Of a stretch of DNA of 64,000 nt, positions 25,598 to 38,479 are shown piece by piece. Position 1 is the first letter of the stretch; every line of letters begins with the position of its first letter. The position numbers were made by a program, and so were the translations under genes. The DNA is from Vicugna vicugna (lineage: Eukaryota): positions 1,798,001 through 1,862,000 of the forward strand of contig MU058000.1 in NCBI GenBank assembly GCA_013265495.1, read 5' to 3'. The notes beneath the pieces were generated by a model, which did no database searches, was not told where the DNA came from, and saw nothing but the letters and a program-made list of their open reading frames with translations.

Positions 25598-26489
25598 GAC
25601 AGCAATGGAAGAGTTAATTAATGGTAAAGTACTACTTCTGTGAAGTTCTGAGGAACTGAGAAGTTCATTACACTCATATATCTCATTTGGAAAAAAAATT
25701 GACACTAGATTTAATCACTTCTGAGGTTATTTCCTAATCTAGAGTACAAAACACTATCTCATCTTGCTCTTACCCTTCTGTCAGCTCCTACTCTTTGCTC
25801 GTTACAGCTTGTGTGCCCCGCCTGTGTGGTCCGATAGCCTCCCAGACATATTGATATCACAGCATCTAACACAGTGTCTTAAAATGTCTAAAATGCAATA
25901 TGCAAACTTCCTTTTGCAAGAAAAACACCCGTGTCATTTTATTCTAGCTCACTGATGTTGCCTTCTATTTTGGATCAGTTTCATTGCCCCTCTCATTTTG
26001 TGTACGGGAAATGCACTCTAGATGACTTGAATTCCGTAAATGCACTTTGTTCACCCTGCTTCTCATTGTTTCAGCTCTATCAGTTATCTTCCTGTGCCAG
26101 TTTTAACCCCCTGAGGTTAGTATTCTGACTGCTCAAGTGAAAAGAACATCTAATCTAAACAGTCAGCTCTCATCATACTTTGTTCTTCTATTTTGACAAG
26201 TGTAGTTTACTTTTTATTTATAAAAATGCCTCCCAGTAACCCGTAAATGTACTGCAGTATATCGTGTGAAAACAACATCGTCTCAGTAAATGAGACAACG
26301 CAATTTCCTGAAAGTAATCTGGGGTACATATTGGTCAGAAAGATTAATGTGGTTTGCATAAATATGCAGAATTACATTGCATATTTAAATTAGTCATGCA
26401 AATACCCCTCTGCTGTATTCCTGAGAGAAATAAAGAAAATAATTAGAAATTAAGGTAAGTGCGGAAGAGGAAATAAACAAAAAGCTAAA

Positions 26490-26960
26490 ATAGGGATTAA
26501 GGATGGGTGGAATGCTCAGAACAAGTGATCAGGAAAGATCTTGCTGAAGAGGTGACATTAAAGCTGAGACATGACAGATGAGTGGGACGCAGCTGTGTGC
26601 AAAGTGAATGTGGGGTGTGTGTGTGTCTCTGTGTGTGTGTGTTGAAAGTGTATCTGAAAGGGTGGGAACGTGGCCTGCGAAGACCCTGTGTCTGGAAAGA
26701 GCTTGGCATAATAATAATGTGGTTGGACAAATTTAGTAAAAAAAAAAAGAAAAGAAAATTGTACAAAATGAGGTTTTTCATTTAGCAAGGGCTGGATCTG
26801 CAAGATTTTTTTTTCTGTTCTGTAATAATTTGAATTTTTCCTAACTCTTCTGGGAAGCCCTTGAAGAATTCTCAGATGAGACATGATCTGATTTGATTTT
26901 TCTGGAGAAATGATGGTGAGTTGAGTTGGCTCGAGGGAACATATAGAAGGCTGTTGGGAT
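26490..26960 (-). mobile_element. L2 fragment(s)
   Basis: aggaaagatcttgctgaagaggtgacattaaagctgagacatga; gacatgatctgatttg. Confidence 0.6.
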
Positions 26961-27249
26961 AGCTAGACTGAAAAATGGTTTATGATGCAAAATGCTGCAA
27001 ATATTCAAAAATTGAACATATGAGTATACTCTGAAAGTGAAATTTCAGATGATGCCTTAGATAGGAGCATCCTTTGAGAATTCATGTAAGAAAGACTTGG
27101 CCTCCTAAATTGCTTCCCTCACTAACCTCAGGCTAGTAATTGGATGTCCTTCACCACCACAGTACATTTTAGGGATTTACTCTAAGGAAGTTGGTTAACT
27201 TGAGAGATTCTCAGCTCAATAAGCCAGATAAAGGGGAGGAAACCATAGT

Positions 27250-28830
27250 CATAGAAGGGGAAAATTTGAAAGTCTACAAAAAAAGTGGTAGCTCCAAGGA
27301 CGTGACAACAAGACTTACACAGCCCAGGAAGGAGAATGAAAAATTCTTCTGAGTCTACCAATAACTTCAAGAGAAAGAACTTTCAGATACTGACAACTGG
27401 AGGTCCCCAAGAAGAGTCCAGGCAGGTCACCTGTGGTGATCTAGTACATGTACCTTCCTAAGAGATTTTTATTGAATTACTTTTAAATGTGACAGATGTC
27501 CAATTATTACCAAATACTTGAGGAGGATCTCAAATGTTAAATACTAAGAATAAAGCAGAAATTATGTCAAAAGCAGCAGAAAAATCTCTACAAGCATAGT
27601 GGAAAATGACAATCATTAAACACTGTTAGGTTGTTCTGGAAAATGCAAACATTCAGAGAGAAAAATAAGGCCTTGCAAAATAAGATTGCAGATATAAAAA
27701 TTTAAGTAGAAAAATAGGAATAGGAGTACAATTTAAGAAAAATTATGGAAGGACAAAAAGAAAAATATGATAATTAGAAAAGATATGATTAACCGTCTTC
27801 TCAGCACAGACACTGAGCATCTGAAAAATAGTTCTACCTGAACAGATTAAAAGAAAGGAAAAGAAAAAGAGATCATCATTAAATAATTGAAGCAAACTTC
27901 CCACAACTCAGGTTCATGATGTTCCAAACTGAGAGGACTCATCAGTAGAGTGACCCACTGTCCTAGTTTACATGGGACTGGGGGGGTTCCCAGAATGTGG
28001 GACCTTTAATTTAAAAATCAGAACAATTGCAGGCACACTGGGAACAATTGGTCACTCTACTCCCCAAATGTCAGCATAATGGATTAAAAGACCCACTCCA
28101 AGTCACATACCATCATGAAACCTATGGGACAAAATGATGATCTTATATAAAATCAGAAATGAAAAGGCTCAAATACAAAGGAAATTGAATCTGAAAAGCG
28201 TCAAATGGCTCAATAGCCCACTGGAAGTTAGAAGATAGTTGTGAAAGGCTACTATCAAAATTCTGAGGATACATATTTTTCAATCCAGAATTCTATACCC
28301 AGAGACACTGTTATCATGCAAGATCTCAAAAATGTCCCCTCTTACACACCCTTTTCCAAAAACCTGCTGGAAGATATAGTCCACAAAGATAAAGGAGCAA
28401 GCTAAGAAAGTGAGAGTCTTGGTATTCAAAAACCAGGGATTTCACATATGGAAAAAAGGAAAAGAATTTCCAGGGTAATGGCAAAAAAAAAAAAAATTCA
28501 AGATGACATCCTTTCAGTAGCCATTGTAAAATTTATGGTATAACTTTATCAAGTAGAAAGGAAAGAGGTAATTCACATGTATAGGTATATGGGAGCAATA
28601 TAAAAATTATGGTACCATCAGCTTTCTTAATAGGAAGTCAATAGATTTTTCTCAAAAATGATTTTAAACATATTATTTAGAAGTTAGGAAACAAATACCA
28701 GAGGAAAGGCAGTTTGAAAGAGTTGAAAGCTATTGTTTCTAGAAAAAATGGGAATTTTTACATCTGGGGAAAAGATCTATTTTATGTAAATCTTGTAAAG
28801 TGATTTGGCTTGTGTCACTTCGGTAACAAG
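27250..28830 (+). mobile_element. HAL1 / L1 ORF1-like relic, interrupted by MER81
   Basis: ORF1-like motifs (ttcaatccagaattctatacccag) followed by HAL1-like 3' sequence (ctgctggaagatatagtccac...gcaagctaagaaagtgaga). Boundaries approximate. Confidence 0.65.
27946..28059 (-). mobile_element. MER81-like hAT-Blackjack MITE (114 bp)
   Basis: TIRs tagagtgacc...ggtcactcta. Degenerate 8-bp TSD ctcatcag/ctccccaa. Confidence 0.85.
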
Positions 28831-28849
28831 GATAATAATTCAGAATGAT

Positions 28850-29050
28850 CTGTGGGAGAGAAGGATAATCAAGAGTGGTGCTGGGTCTGCCTGCTGAGCA
28901 GCTGAGTAAGGTGGGGACAGAGAACTGCCCATCAAACGTGGTAAAAAAGAAGTTATCAGAAATCGTGTTGAGACCGTAGGAACTGGAGGTGTGCCAGTAG
29001 AAGCCAGACTGTACTGCACTGATGGGCAAATGAGGACAAGAAAGCAAATG
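28850..29050 (-). mobile_element. L2 fragment
   Basis: agtaaggtggggacagagaactgcccatc...agaagccagactgtactgcactga. Confidence 0.6.
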
Positions 29051-29121
29051 TCACAAAGCTAGAGCTAAAGAGTCATTCTAGGTCCAAAGTGTCTTAGCAG
29101 TGAGCATCTATGAATCTGCTC

Positions 29122-29631
29122 TGTTAATTCTGGTTCAATCTGGCTTTAGGAAGGAAACAGGTGGCGTACATAAAAGGGTTAGTTAAAAGGGACTTTTTTG
29201 AAGGGATGCTTTACACAAATGTAGAGACTTTAAGACTCACATGGGATGGTGACATATCCTGGGTTTAGAAAGGGAAGGAAGCTATTGCCACTCTTAGTCC
29301 TAAAAGGACAAAGGAAAGGAGTGATGACTGAAGTCCAGCAAGACTTGTGGCTACCATAATGTGCTTCCCATCTCATGTCATGACCCTCTGTAGCAACTTC
29401 CACACCACAGCTTTGCAGAGAAGAATCTGAGGGAATACAGTCCCCAGGACTTCCCTTCGTCTTCTTCTTATCTCCTACCCACACTTGCCATGAGGGAGCC
29501 CAACCAGAAGTCAAAAGGCAAAGCATTCTGGGTGGTGCAAGCCATAGATAGAGACATGTCCCTGGAAACAGGGTAGGTCGACAGAGTCTGAAAAGTGTAT
29601 TTGGAGAGGCACCCAGAAACCAGCCAGCACA
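29122..29631 (-). mobile_element. LTR33-like ERVL solo LTR
   Basis: TG...CA ends. The right end read on the minus strand (tgtgctggctggtttctgggtgcctctccaaatacac) resembles the LTR33 start. Confidence 0.75.
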
Positions 29632-31122
29632 ATACCATGAATTTAAATAAGCCATGTTCTCAATTTTTGGCTGTCTTTATTCTCATTCTAGTTGGCTTTA
29701 TCATGTACTCTTTCATGGCTACTATGTAATATAATTTTGGTTTACTGATTTTTTGGCTCACTAATGGTTCTCAGTGGACTCTCTGTCCTATTTTTTCTTC
29801 CTGATTATTTCACTTCATGCCCTGCCACAAAATGCCTGCTTTTCACCATTTCCCACTTCAGTTTCCTCAGTAGAAGAGTATCTTTGGAACAAGTGTTCCC
29901 TGTTTGGATAGAGCTGTATCAGGCTTCTTACGCCTTTCCTTCAAAAAGAGTTCAAGGATAACAAGAGTGCCTCAGAGAGTATGAGATGATTCAAAATTAG
30001 CTTGTATAAGACTACAAATTAACATTTTAAGGAGCTTCCATACGTATCAACTCTTGCATGTGAATGAACCATGAAACACGTGGAAACACATGTGAGACAA
30101 CTTGTCCAAAGTCACTTAGCAAAATTCCAGTAGAACAGGAAAATATGGGAAACCAAATTCTGTCTGGTGGAATTTATGGTGATACAGCCTAGAGGAGTCA
30201 ACTGGGAAAAAAAGATTGCGTTTTAGATGTGAAGACAGGGCTATCCTTAAAGAGATGATAAGGAGATAAAATGTTTACCCAGGCATTATGATCAGTGGTG
30301 AGAAGAATGGAGGGAAGAAGAGGGGACAGAAAGCGGTAGAAACATATGAGGTAAAGGAATTAGGGAATTTAACATTTGCAATAGCACATAGGAAAATGAT
30401 TTTTTTAAATGGTAATTCTCCCATTCTTCTTTCTTTCTAAGGCTTTGAGGAACGTAGGCCAATCTTGCACAACCAGCTTGAGGGTTCGGAATAAAGTTGA
30501 TGCTGTAGGATAACGTATATCCCATTGATGGATGTCCCCTGGCACACAAACAGCCTTATCAGTACGAAGACCAGCTACACATGGTGTGAGGAAAGGTGGG
30601 GCGATACTGTTTAGTGGGGAAGAGCAAGAGGAAGAACCAGGACTGCTGGATTCTTGTGCTGGGAGAAGACTGGCCAGGTGGAGAGTTAAAGGATGAGACC
30701 TTGGGGTATGTGGCTCATGAAAAAGGCACTGTGGGATGAGACTAGGAATTAAAAGATGAGACGGACTAACTGATGGGGAAGGGGCAGAAAAGACAACGTG
30801 GGAGATGAAATAACACGCAGGGCAGGGTGGGGTTGAAAAACACAATTCCAAAATTTCTATGTATATTCTGTACCCAGAGCTGGATCTTATGCCTGGATTT
30901 AATAGGTGGAAATTTACCTCAGCAAATGTAAGTTGTCACATCAGATCTTTGGTTTAATCCCTACTTGCCGAGACTGATGCAGGAGAAACCCAAGAGGGGA
31001 TTCCGGCTCAAGTGTTCCACTGGAGACGAAACTGCGGGTGGGTGGAATAAACGGTGTTTTTACTTAGTTGGGCTTGTGTCGCCTTTTTGTTTTTAATCCA
31101 TTCTTTTCTACTCAAGGAAATA

Positions 31123-31241
31123 TTCCCTCCCTTTCTTCTTCGTGTTTTCTTGTTCTTCCCTTTCTTCCCCCTCCTCCCCCTCCCCCTCCCTCTCTCCCCC
31201 CTTCCACCTCCTTTTCCTTCCTCCTTTCTTGTTCTTCTCCT
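31123..31241. repeat. Polypyrimidine/polypurine tract (G4/H-DNA prone)
   Basis: Unbroken pyrimidines at 31153-31205, with five or more C-runs of at least 3. Confidence 0.85.
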
Positions 31242-33811
31242 GAACTGTTTCATCTGCCGTGAAGTTGTAGGTAGCATACGGTGAAGAAATCCCTTATCTG
31301 TGTCATCGTCTGACTCAAAGAAAACGCCCAGTCAGTCCTCTCCCTCTCACCCCGGTCATTTCATGACAGAAAACCATTCACCATTTGAAATGAGACATTT
31401 GTGAACTGAAGGCCAATGACTGAGAAAATAGATATCAGGAGAAAACACTTGTATTTCCAGACCTGTGATTAGACTCCAGGTGGGCTGGGAATGCAGAAGA
31501 AGGCAGAGGAAAATAGTGTGATCGAGGGACGTATGGGGTCTGACACAAACATATTTAGTCTAGAATCAGAAAGAGTGGAGATGGAAAAGCAAAATACTTT
31601 AAACTATTTCTGTATAATTATACCTTGAAGTCCATTATTTCTCTCATATCCCAGTTAATTTCCTTAGCCTGTTTTTGGAAGCTGAATCTTAACAGAGAAA
31701 TAGTAAATTGAGTCAATGATGGGCACAACCTTCTTTTCCTTTTATCCAAATAACCTTCGTGGGTGAGGTTTAGTACAGTAACATATTCTACTCATTTTGA
31801 CATGCAAATATGATGAAAAGCCAAAAGGCCTCCAGTATAATCCAAATTAGCAGCCCTAATTGGTTATTTAAGCCAAGATATACCACTTAATCTGACCTCA
31901 GTTTCCTCATCTATTACAAAAATACGGCTATAAAAATCCCTTTGTAGTTTTAGATTATATCTAGGTTTCATTTAAACCTAGAGCATTCTGAGGTTGTTGT
32001 TTGTTTGTTTGTTTTAGTTTTCTTGTGTGTGTTTTTCATTGATGAAGGCCGGGAAAATTATGGAGATTATGAAAGCATATGAATTCGTATTCTCCAACAA
32101 AACACCCAGATCTCTGATGGGCCCTTAAAGAAAAAGTACTCAAACAGTCTGTATTTAGTTGCTCACTGATATTTGACCTAAGATTTGGTTATTAAGGCAA
32201 GAAAGCTCATGTCTCAGGATAATATTTTTTTCATGTAGAATTATGTTTTGATTCTTCACTTGTAAATTTAACTTATGTTTCAAAAATCAGAGGAAAGATT
32301 AAGAGTGGGCTATATGAGTGAAATCAACACTGCTGAAAAAAAAAATATGACAACCAATGAAATAATGAAGCTATTCAGCCTCCCCTTGAGGCCTCTGCCG
32401 TCAGCTGATTTACAAGTTGGTCTCATTCTCGAAAGATGAAGGAAATGATTTCTTTTTTTCCCTGTGAAGGAGAAACTTTGCTGCCAATGGTGTTTCTCAG
32501 ACTACATCCATCCTATGTTTCTGAAAAGCATTTTTTTTTTTTTGGTTTACTCTCTCCTCTGGGACCTAATTCCGTAAGAGGCAAAGCAGACCTGATGGGA
32601 AGTAATAGCAAACTTTTATGGGCTGTAATTGATGAAAGAATGAAATGCATTAACTAATTGAGAACAGAAGATCGGAGCCCAGGATCCCATTAGAAATCTC
32701 TTCTACTTTCTAGATATTTTTAAAGATGTCCAAAATGCTTTTGGTTAGCCCTCTCACTGGTTTCCATCTGTTCTGATTTTCTTACTAGCTTCCCATTTAC
32801 CATAAAACAATGAATTTTCCCATAAAACCAAGCAGATAATGTATTCTCATATAGATTAGAAAGAATGAAAGGGAATGACTTCTTAATTAAGTAATCATCT
32901 ATCACCTTATGCAACCAAGGATTTATCAACTGCTTCCAAGACCAGGGTAGGGTAAAAAGTGGAACACAATTCAGTATCACTAAGTTTCCCTGAAACAGAA
33001 TGTTTGTCTTGAAGAAACATTTATGGTCTTCAATCTGCTTCAATCAGCTGTTGAGAGCAGGATTATGGATACTAATATAGAACTTGATAGTTTACAAAAT
33101 ATTTTGCAAGCTTTATTGTATTCAGTCCTCACGTTGACCCTACAATATAGCTGATATCCATACATTTTGCAGACAAAGAAATTATGACAGGAAGATTTAG
33201 GAGAATTGTCCAAGGTTATACTGCTGGAGATCATGCAAACTCAGTAAAGTTCTCTCTCCATCATAGAGGAAGATGTTATGACTGTCAAGCTCTGGGAAGG
33301 AGAAAGACTTGTTTCTTATAGTTCAAAAGCATGTGCCTAGGGCAACTGAACTTGTCCTCTTTCAGAAGGGACTGCTCAGAAAGTGTATTTCATTAATTGG
33401 CACTTTAATCTTATATCTCTACTTTGTTTCCAGGGGTGACTTTGATTCCTAAGAGCCTCGTTGCTGAAGGTTCAGCCAGGATAGTTAACACCACTTGGAT
33501 GTGCTTGGTTTGCGAAAAATTTCCAACCCAATTTGAGAATAAGTATTGTCGAGCAAATACTTTCAATATTAACGGTAGATTGGGTGTAAGGAGATCTGTG
33601 CCACATTCTGAGTGTTAAGCTTAAATAAATAAGAACATTATGGAGAGAGGACTGAGTCTAATTAGAGCGCAGCTCTCAAACTACAAATATGTTGACTTTA
33701 TATTTGAGATTTAACTTTTCTTGTTTCAAATTCTTTACTTAGAAAAATATGGCAATACAAACCCTGAGGAATATCAATTCCTCTCTTAACACTCAATTTA
33801 CTCTGGCCCTT

Positions 33812-34350
33812 TGAGGGGAGCAAAATTTACCACCGCAAAATGTGCCTCTTTGGCATGAGGATTAATTTAGGCTGATTATTTTTAAGGTTCAAAAGCCTCG
33901 GGGAAAAACCTTTGACCTTCTGCCTAACTACCTAAAAGAATTTAAATAAAGGACAGGGTCCCAAAATAGAGCTCTCACCAGAGACCTCTGCCAAGAATGC
34001 GGGCTAGGTGTGGTGGGAAAAGTACCTAGGTGATCAGAGTCCTCTCTAGATCCCCTTGTCTCCACATGGCTCAGCAAACATCTGTTTGCCAACCATTTGC
34101 TTTTCTGTCTTCATCTGAGTTGCTTTCCTCCCGTTTGAAGTTCCAAGTCACTACCTCCAACATCCTCTTTTATTTGACTGAAGATGGTATTTAAAGTGAG
34201 AGCTCTGATCATTTTGATGAACTACTCCGTTCTCCTGGGTCTCTCCCAAATTTTTGTTTGATTTTCTCTTGTTCATCGATCTCATGTCAATTTAATTCTT
34301 GGGCCAACCAGAAGGACCTGGGGTAGAGGAAAATTTCTTCCTCTGCAGCA
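33812..34350 (+). mobile_element. ERV1 solo LTR (MER34/MER39-like)
   Basis: tgaggggagcaaaatttaccaccgcaaaatgtgcctctttggcatgaggatta...gggtagaggaaaatttcttcctctgcagca. TG..CA ends; near-TSD cctt/cttt. Confidence 0.8.
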
Positions 34351-34616
34351 CTTTCCTTCATAAAACCTTTTCTAAATACACTTCAGCCATATAGTAGTGA
34401 CTGTGCCTTCTATAGTATCACCAATATACCCCTCACGTATGTGTCACACATTTGTCAAAGTTAATATTTATCCCCATAGACAGCATGATTATTGTCCTCT
34501 CTGTGGAAACTGAAATTCGAAAAGTCTAGTGATTTGCCCGATGTCATACAGCTCATGTGTGCCAAAATCCTCCTCATAATTATATTTATGTCTAGACTAA
34601 GGTTTCCTATATACAT

Positions 34617-35610
34617 ATATATTTCTATTAAGTGTAGTTGATTTACAATGTTGCGATAATTTCAGGTGTACAGCAAAATGATGCAGTTATATGTATACAT
34701 ATAAGTATTTCAGATTATTTTCCATTATAGGTTTTCACAAGATATTGAATATAGTTCTCTGTGCCATGCAGTAGGCTTTGTTAATTATCTATTTTACATA
34801 CAGTAGTATGTATATATTAATCCCAAACTCCTGATTTATCCTTCTCTCCCCTCCCTTTCCCCTTTGGTAACCATATGTGCATTTTCTATGTCTATGAGTC
34901 TATTTCTGTGTTGCAGATCAGTTCATTTGTATCATTATTTTAGATTCCACATATAAGTGATTATATATGATATTTATCTTCCTCTGTCTGTTACTTCACT
35001 TAGTATGATAATCTCTAGGTCCTTCCATGTTACTGCAAATAGCATTATTTCACTTTTTTATGGCTGAGTAATATTCTGTTATATATATTATATATAATAT
35101 ATGTATAGTATATGTATTATATGTATGTGTATGTGTGTGTGTGTGTATACACAGCACATCTTCTTTATCCATTTATCTGTTCCTGGACATTTAGGTTGCT
35201 TCCATGTCTTGGCCATTGTAAATAGTGCTGCTATGATCACTGGGGTGCAAGTATCTTTTCAAATTAGAGTTTTTATCTTTTCCAGATATATGCTCCAGAG
35301 TGGGATTGCTGGATCATATGGTAACTATATTTTAAATATTTTGAGGGACCTCTGTGTTGTTCTCTATAGCAGCTGCACCAATTTACATTCCCGCCAATAA
35401 TACAGGACAGTTCCCTTTTCTCCACACCCTCTCCAGCATTTATTATTTGTAGACTTTTTAATGATGACCATTCTGACTGGTGTGAGGTGATACCTCATTG
35501 TAGTTTTGATTTGCATTTCTCTGATAATTAATGATATTGAGCATCTTTTCATGTCCCTGTTGGCCATCTGTATGTCTTCTCTGGAGAAATGTCTATTTAG
35601 GTCTTCTGTC
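34617..35610 (-). mobile_element. 5'-truncated, relatively young cetartiodactyl-type L1
   Basis: ORF2 C-terminus on the minus strand ([37 protein letters not shown]). TSD tcctatatacat (34605-34616) / tcctacatacat (35611-35622) next to a TT/AAAA site. Confidence 0.95.
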
Positions 35611-36102
35611 TCCTACATACATTTTAAAACAATATTTATTAGCCTAAGATTTTAATTTACTGCTTGCTACTGGTTACAATTTTTTAAATTAGATCAACAA
35701 ACTATCTCAAAACTGTAGAAAAAATTATATAGTAGATCTGAAAGTCCCTTACAAAAGACTTAATAAGCATACCTGATGAAGTAGACCTGAAAATATTTAT
35801 CAACAGCAGGATACAGGAGAGCACAGCTATTTTACTGAGCAGCAGTGGAGGGCTGTGATTTCTCAAGAAAGAGATGGTTTTTGTCTTTTTTCTGGTGTAG
35901 CAGCATTGCAGTGGGGACAGAGCCCTGGAACGCTACCTAATTTTATCTGCATGGGCAGTCAGTCTTCAATTCAGGAATCAATCACATGTGACTAATTACT
36001 GACATGCACTGTATCATTTAACCTCAGGCAGGTCACCTAATCTCTCTACACTTCATTTGCCTCCTCTTCAAAGAGAGGCAGTAATAGTTTACTTCTCAAA
36101 GG

Positions 36103-36286
36103 TATTGGTTCTCAAACACTACTGCGCATTAGAATAACCCCACAAGTTTTGGGGGAAAAAAAATCCTGGTATCTAGGCAATACCCCTTAATATGTAAATC
36201 TGAATTTTGGGGTGTGAAATCCTGGTATCAGTATTTTCCACACCTCCCTAGGCAATTTCAATATGCAGCCAAGATTGAGAACCAGT
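36103..36286. mobile_element. MER5-type hAT-Charlie MITE
   Basis: TIR remnants tggttctcaa...ttgagaacca; internal atgcagccaagattgagaacc. Confidence 0.8.
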
Positions 36287-36373
36287 TTTCTAACTTCAAG
36301 AGTTTAGGTGTGTAGTGTCAGTCAGTCCTGACAGTTGGACTTTTCTTTCTTTCTTTTTTCTTTTTTTTTTTTT

Positions 36374-37118
36374 TGTTATGTAAATACCTGTTTTACACTT
36401 TGATTTCCATCCGTTTCAAAGATGCATTCATTTCAAAGGTGGCTATCCCACATAAGCACATAGCCAGCCCCTGGACCAAACTCTCCCATCCCCCCAGCCT
36501 CCCTCCTAGGCTCCTTTGCTTTAGAGATCTTGGCTGATTTTGACAACTGACCATTTGGGCCAGTTGTTTTCTTTTTTTCTTTTTTTTTCCTTCTCTTGCT
36601 TTAAATTCCCACCCTTATATTTTAAATTCATCAATAAAGGGTGCATTCTTTTTTTAAAAAAGCTTTATTTATTTATTATTGTATTATTTAATTATATTAT
36701 TTTGCTAGGAGGGAGGCAATTAGGTTTATTTCTTTCTAGAGGCGGTACTGGGGATTGAACCCAGGACCTCGTGCATGCTAAGCATATGCTCTGTCACTTA
36801 CTTGAGCTATACCCTCCCCTCAGGAGTGCATTCTTAAAATTCTGGGCTCCTACCCTTCACCCCAATAAAAACTGAACCTCAAAACCTCTCTTTCTCTCTC
36901 CCTCCCTCCCTCTCAATCCCCACCTCCCCACCCCAGCAACCTCCCTGTGCAGCAAGAGGTGTGCCACATGCTTTCCAGGACCTGTGAATAATAAACCTTT
37001 TTTTTTTTTTTTTGAGTTCCTTGATAGTTATTGCTGACGGTGTCTTGCTATCATAATAAGAACCACAAGAGTCGATCCAGCCACAGCACTATCAGTAGGT
37101 GGAGACCAACACAAAACA
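36374..37118 (+). mobile_element. ERVL-type solo LTR (MER73/MER74-like), interrupted by a SINE
   Basis: TG start tgttatgtaaatacctgttttacac; ccaggacctgtgaatataaacc; CA end. Family from recall. Confidence 0.6.
36651..36820 (-). mobile_element. Camelid tRNA-derived SINE (Vic-1 type)
   Basis: Minus strand ggggagggtatagctcaag...atgcttagcatgcacgaggtcctgggttcaatccccagtacc (Pol III A/B boxes) with an A-rich tail. TSD core GTGCATTCTT at 36641-36650 and 36826-36835. Confidence 0.9.
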
Positions 37119-37125
37119 CGGTGCA

Positions 37126-37482
37126 CAGCTGGCCTTCCGTATCTGCAGGTTCTGCACCTGCGGACTCAACCAACTGTGGGTTGAAAATATTTAAAAAGAA
37201 AAATCCCAGAAACTTCCAAAAAGCAAAACTTGTTTTTGCTGTGCTCAGGCAACTATTTACATGGCATTTACATTGAATTTACAACCATTTACATAACATT
37301 TACATTCCATTGTATTATAAGTAATCTACAGATGATGTAAAGTACGCAGGAGGATGTGCATAGGTAATATGCAAATACTGTGCAGTTTTATATAAAGATG
37401 TGAGCATCTGCAGATTTTGGTCTGGGGGTTGGGGGCCTCCTGGAACCAGCCCTCCATGGATGCCAGGGGACAGAGATAACTG
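37126..37482 (+). mobile_element. Tigger3a/MER2-group MITE
   Basis: cagctggccttccgtatctgcaggttctgcac...tattataagtaatcta...actg. Homologous to the copy at 53367. Confidence 0.9.
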
Positions 37483-38160
37483 TATTAGGTAGTTTGATAA
37501 GTGGGGGCACCGGGCAGATAGGTGGGCAAGAGGGAAGATGGTCTGGAAGATGGAAAAGTAAGCTAAGAGAGAGAATGGAGACCCAGAGTCACAGCACCAA
37601 AAGATGTTACCCCAAAAGGTAAAGAGGAAAGACCCCAGTTCTTGTCATACCCGAAAGATGAAATTATAATCAGGAGATGATGCATTATGTACTGAAAGAT
37701 TTTAAAAGATTTTTTTAGAAAGGAAAAAGCACACCTCCAAGAATCGAAGGCGGGCTGATCCAAGAGGAAAAGCAATGGCTTTTGTCCCCTTGCTCTTATA
37801 CCCTCGCTTAGAGGTGGTCTCTTGACTGACTGACAGCTCTTGTCCCTGGAATGCTTAGTCATGTTTGGCCCCCTTTGCACATGTCCTTACCCACGGTGTA
37901 CACAGAGAAACCCGTGGGGGATGTTAAACCGCAAAGTTAACTCTAATACAATGAACACTGGGTCCTGAGTCGTGTCTGGTAAAATCCTTTCTGCTGCCGC
38001 GCAGGTGTGGCTGTCGGGTTCTAACCGATTTCTTGTTGGCACTCAATTAGAGAAGGTAAAGTCCCTTATGCTGGAGGCAGACATAATGCCACCTTCCGGA
38101 CCATCCTCTCTCTCCTCCACCTGTCTGCCTGGTGCCCCCCACTTATCTAACTACCAAACA
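37483..38160 (-). mobile_element. ERV1-type solo LTR (37605-38160, minus) fused to an inverted LTR 5' fragment (37483-37604)
   Basis: The minus LTR reads TGTTTGGTAG...GGGGTAACA, with a TATA-like ggtataagag at about 37793-37802. 37483-37553 is an inverted copy (about 82%) of 38089-38160. ACTG flanks both ends. Confidence 0.75.
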
Positions 38161-38479
38161 ACTGTATATGTATCAGTTCCAAAGGAGGTAGTTAACAGAA
38201 TACCGTAGAGTATTGCAATTTTGTGATCAAATGTATAGCAAGTATATGATGAAATAAGGAAGAACAGGCATGGAACTTTCTCCACCCCTGTTTTTCACTG
38301 ATGGTTATAAGAAAGTTAGCAGGCTAGGTTGCTGAACACTGTGGGATTACATTCAAACAGGGTGACCCAGCGGAGAGAGGGCAGAACTGGATTTGAATTT
38401 TAATTCTGCTACTTACCGATTGGGCTGTCTCAGGCAAGTCACTCAAACACAAAGAAGCTCAGAGAGAAAAATAAAGAGG

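Noticed and set aside
30405..30851. 148-aa Ser/Pro-rich ORF
   Set aside because: It is the antisense reading of purine-rich DNA, a compositional artefact.
31008..31284. Arg/Gly/Lys-rich and Pro/Leu-rich ORFs
   Set aside because: Translations of the polypurine/polypyrimidine tract.
36745..36820. tRNA-like sequence
   Set aside because: It is a SINE head with an A-rich tail and TSD, and lacks an intact cloverleaf.
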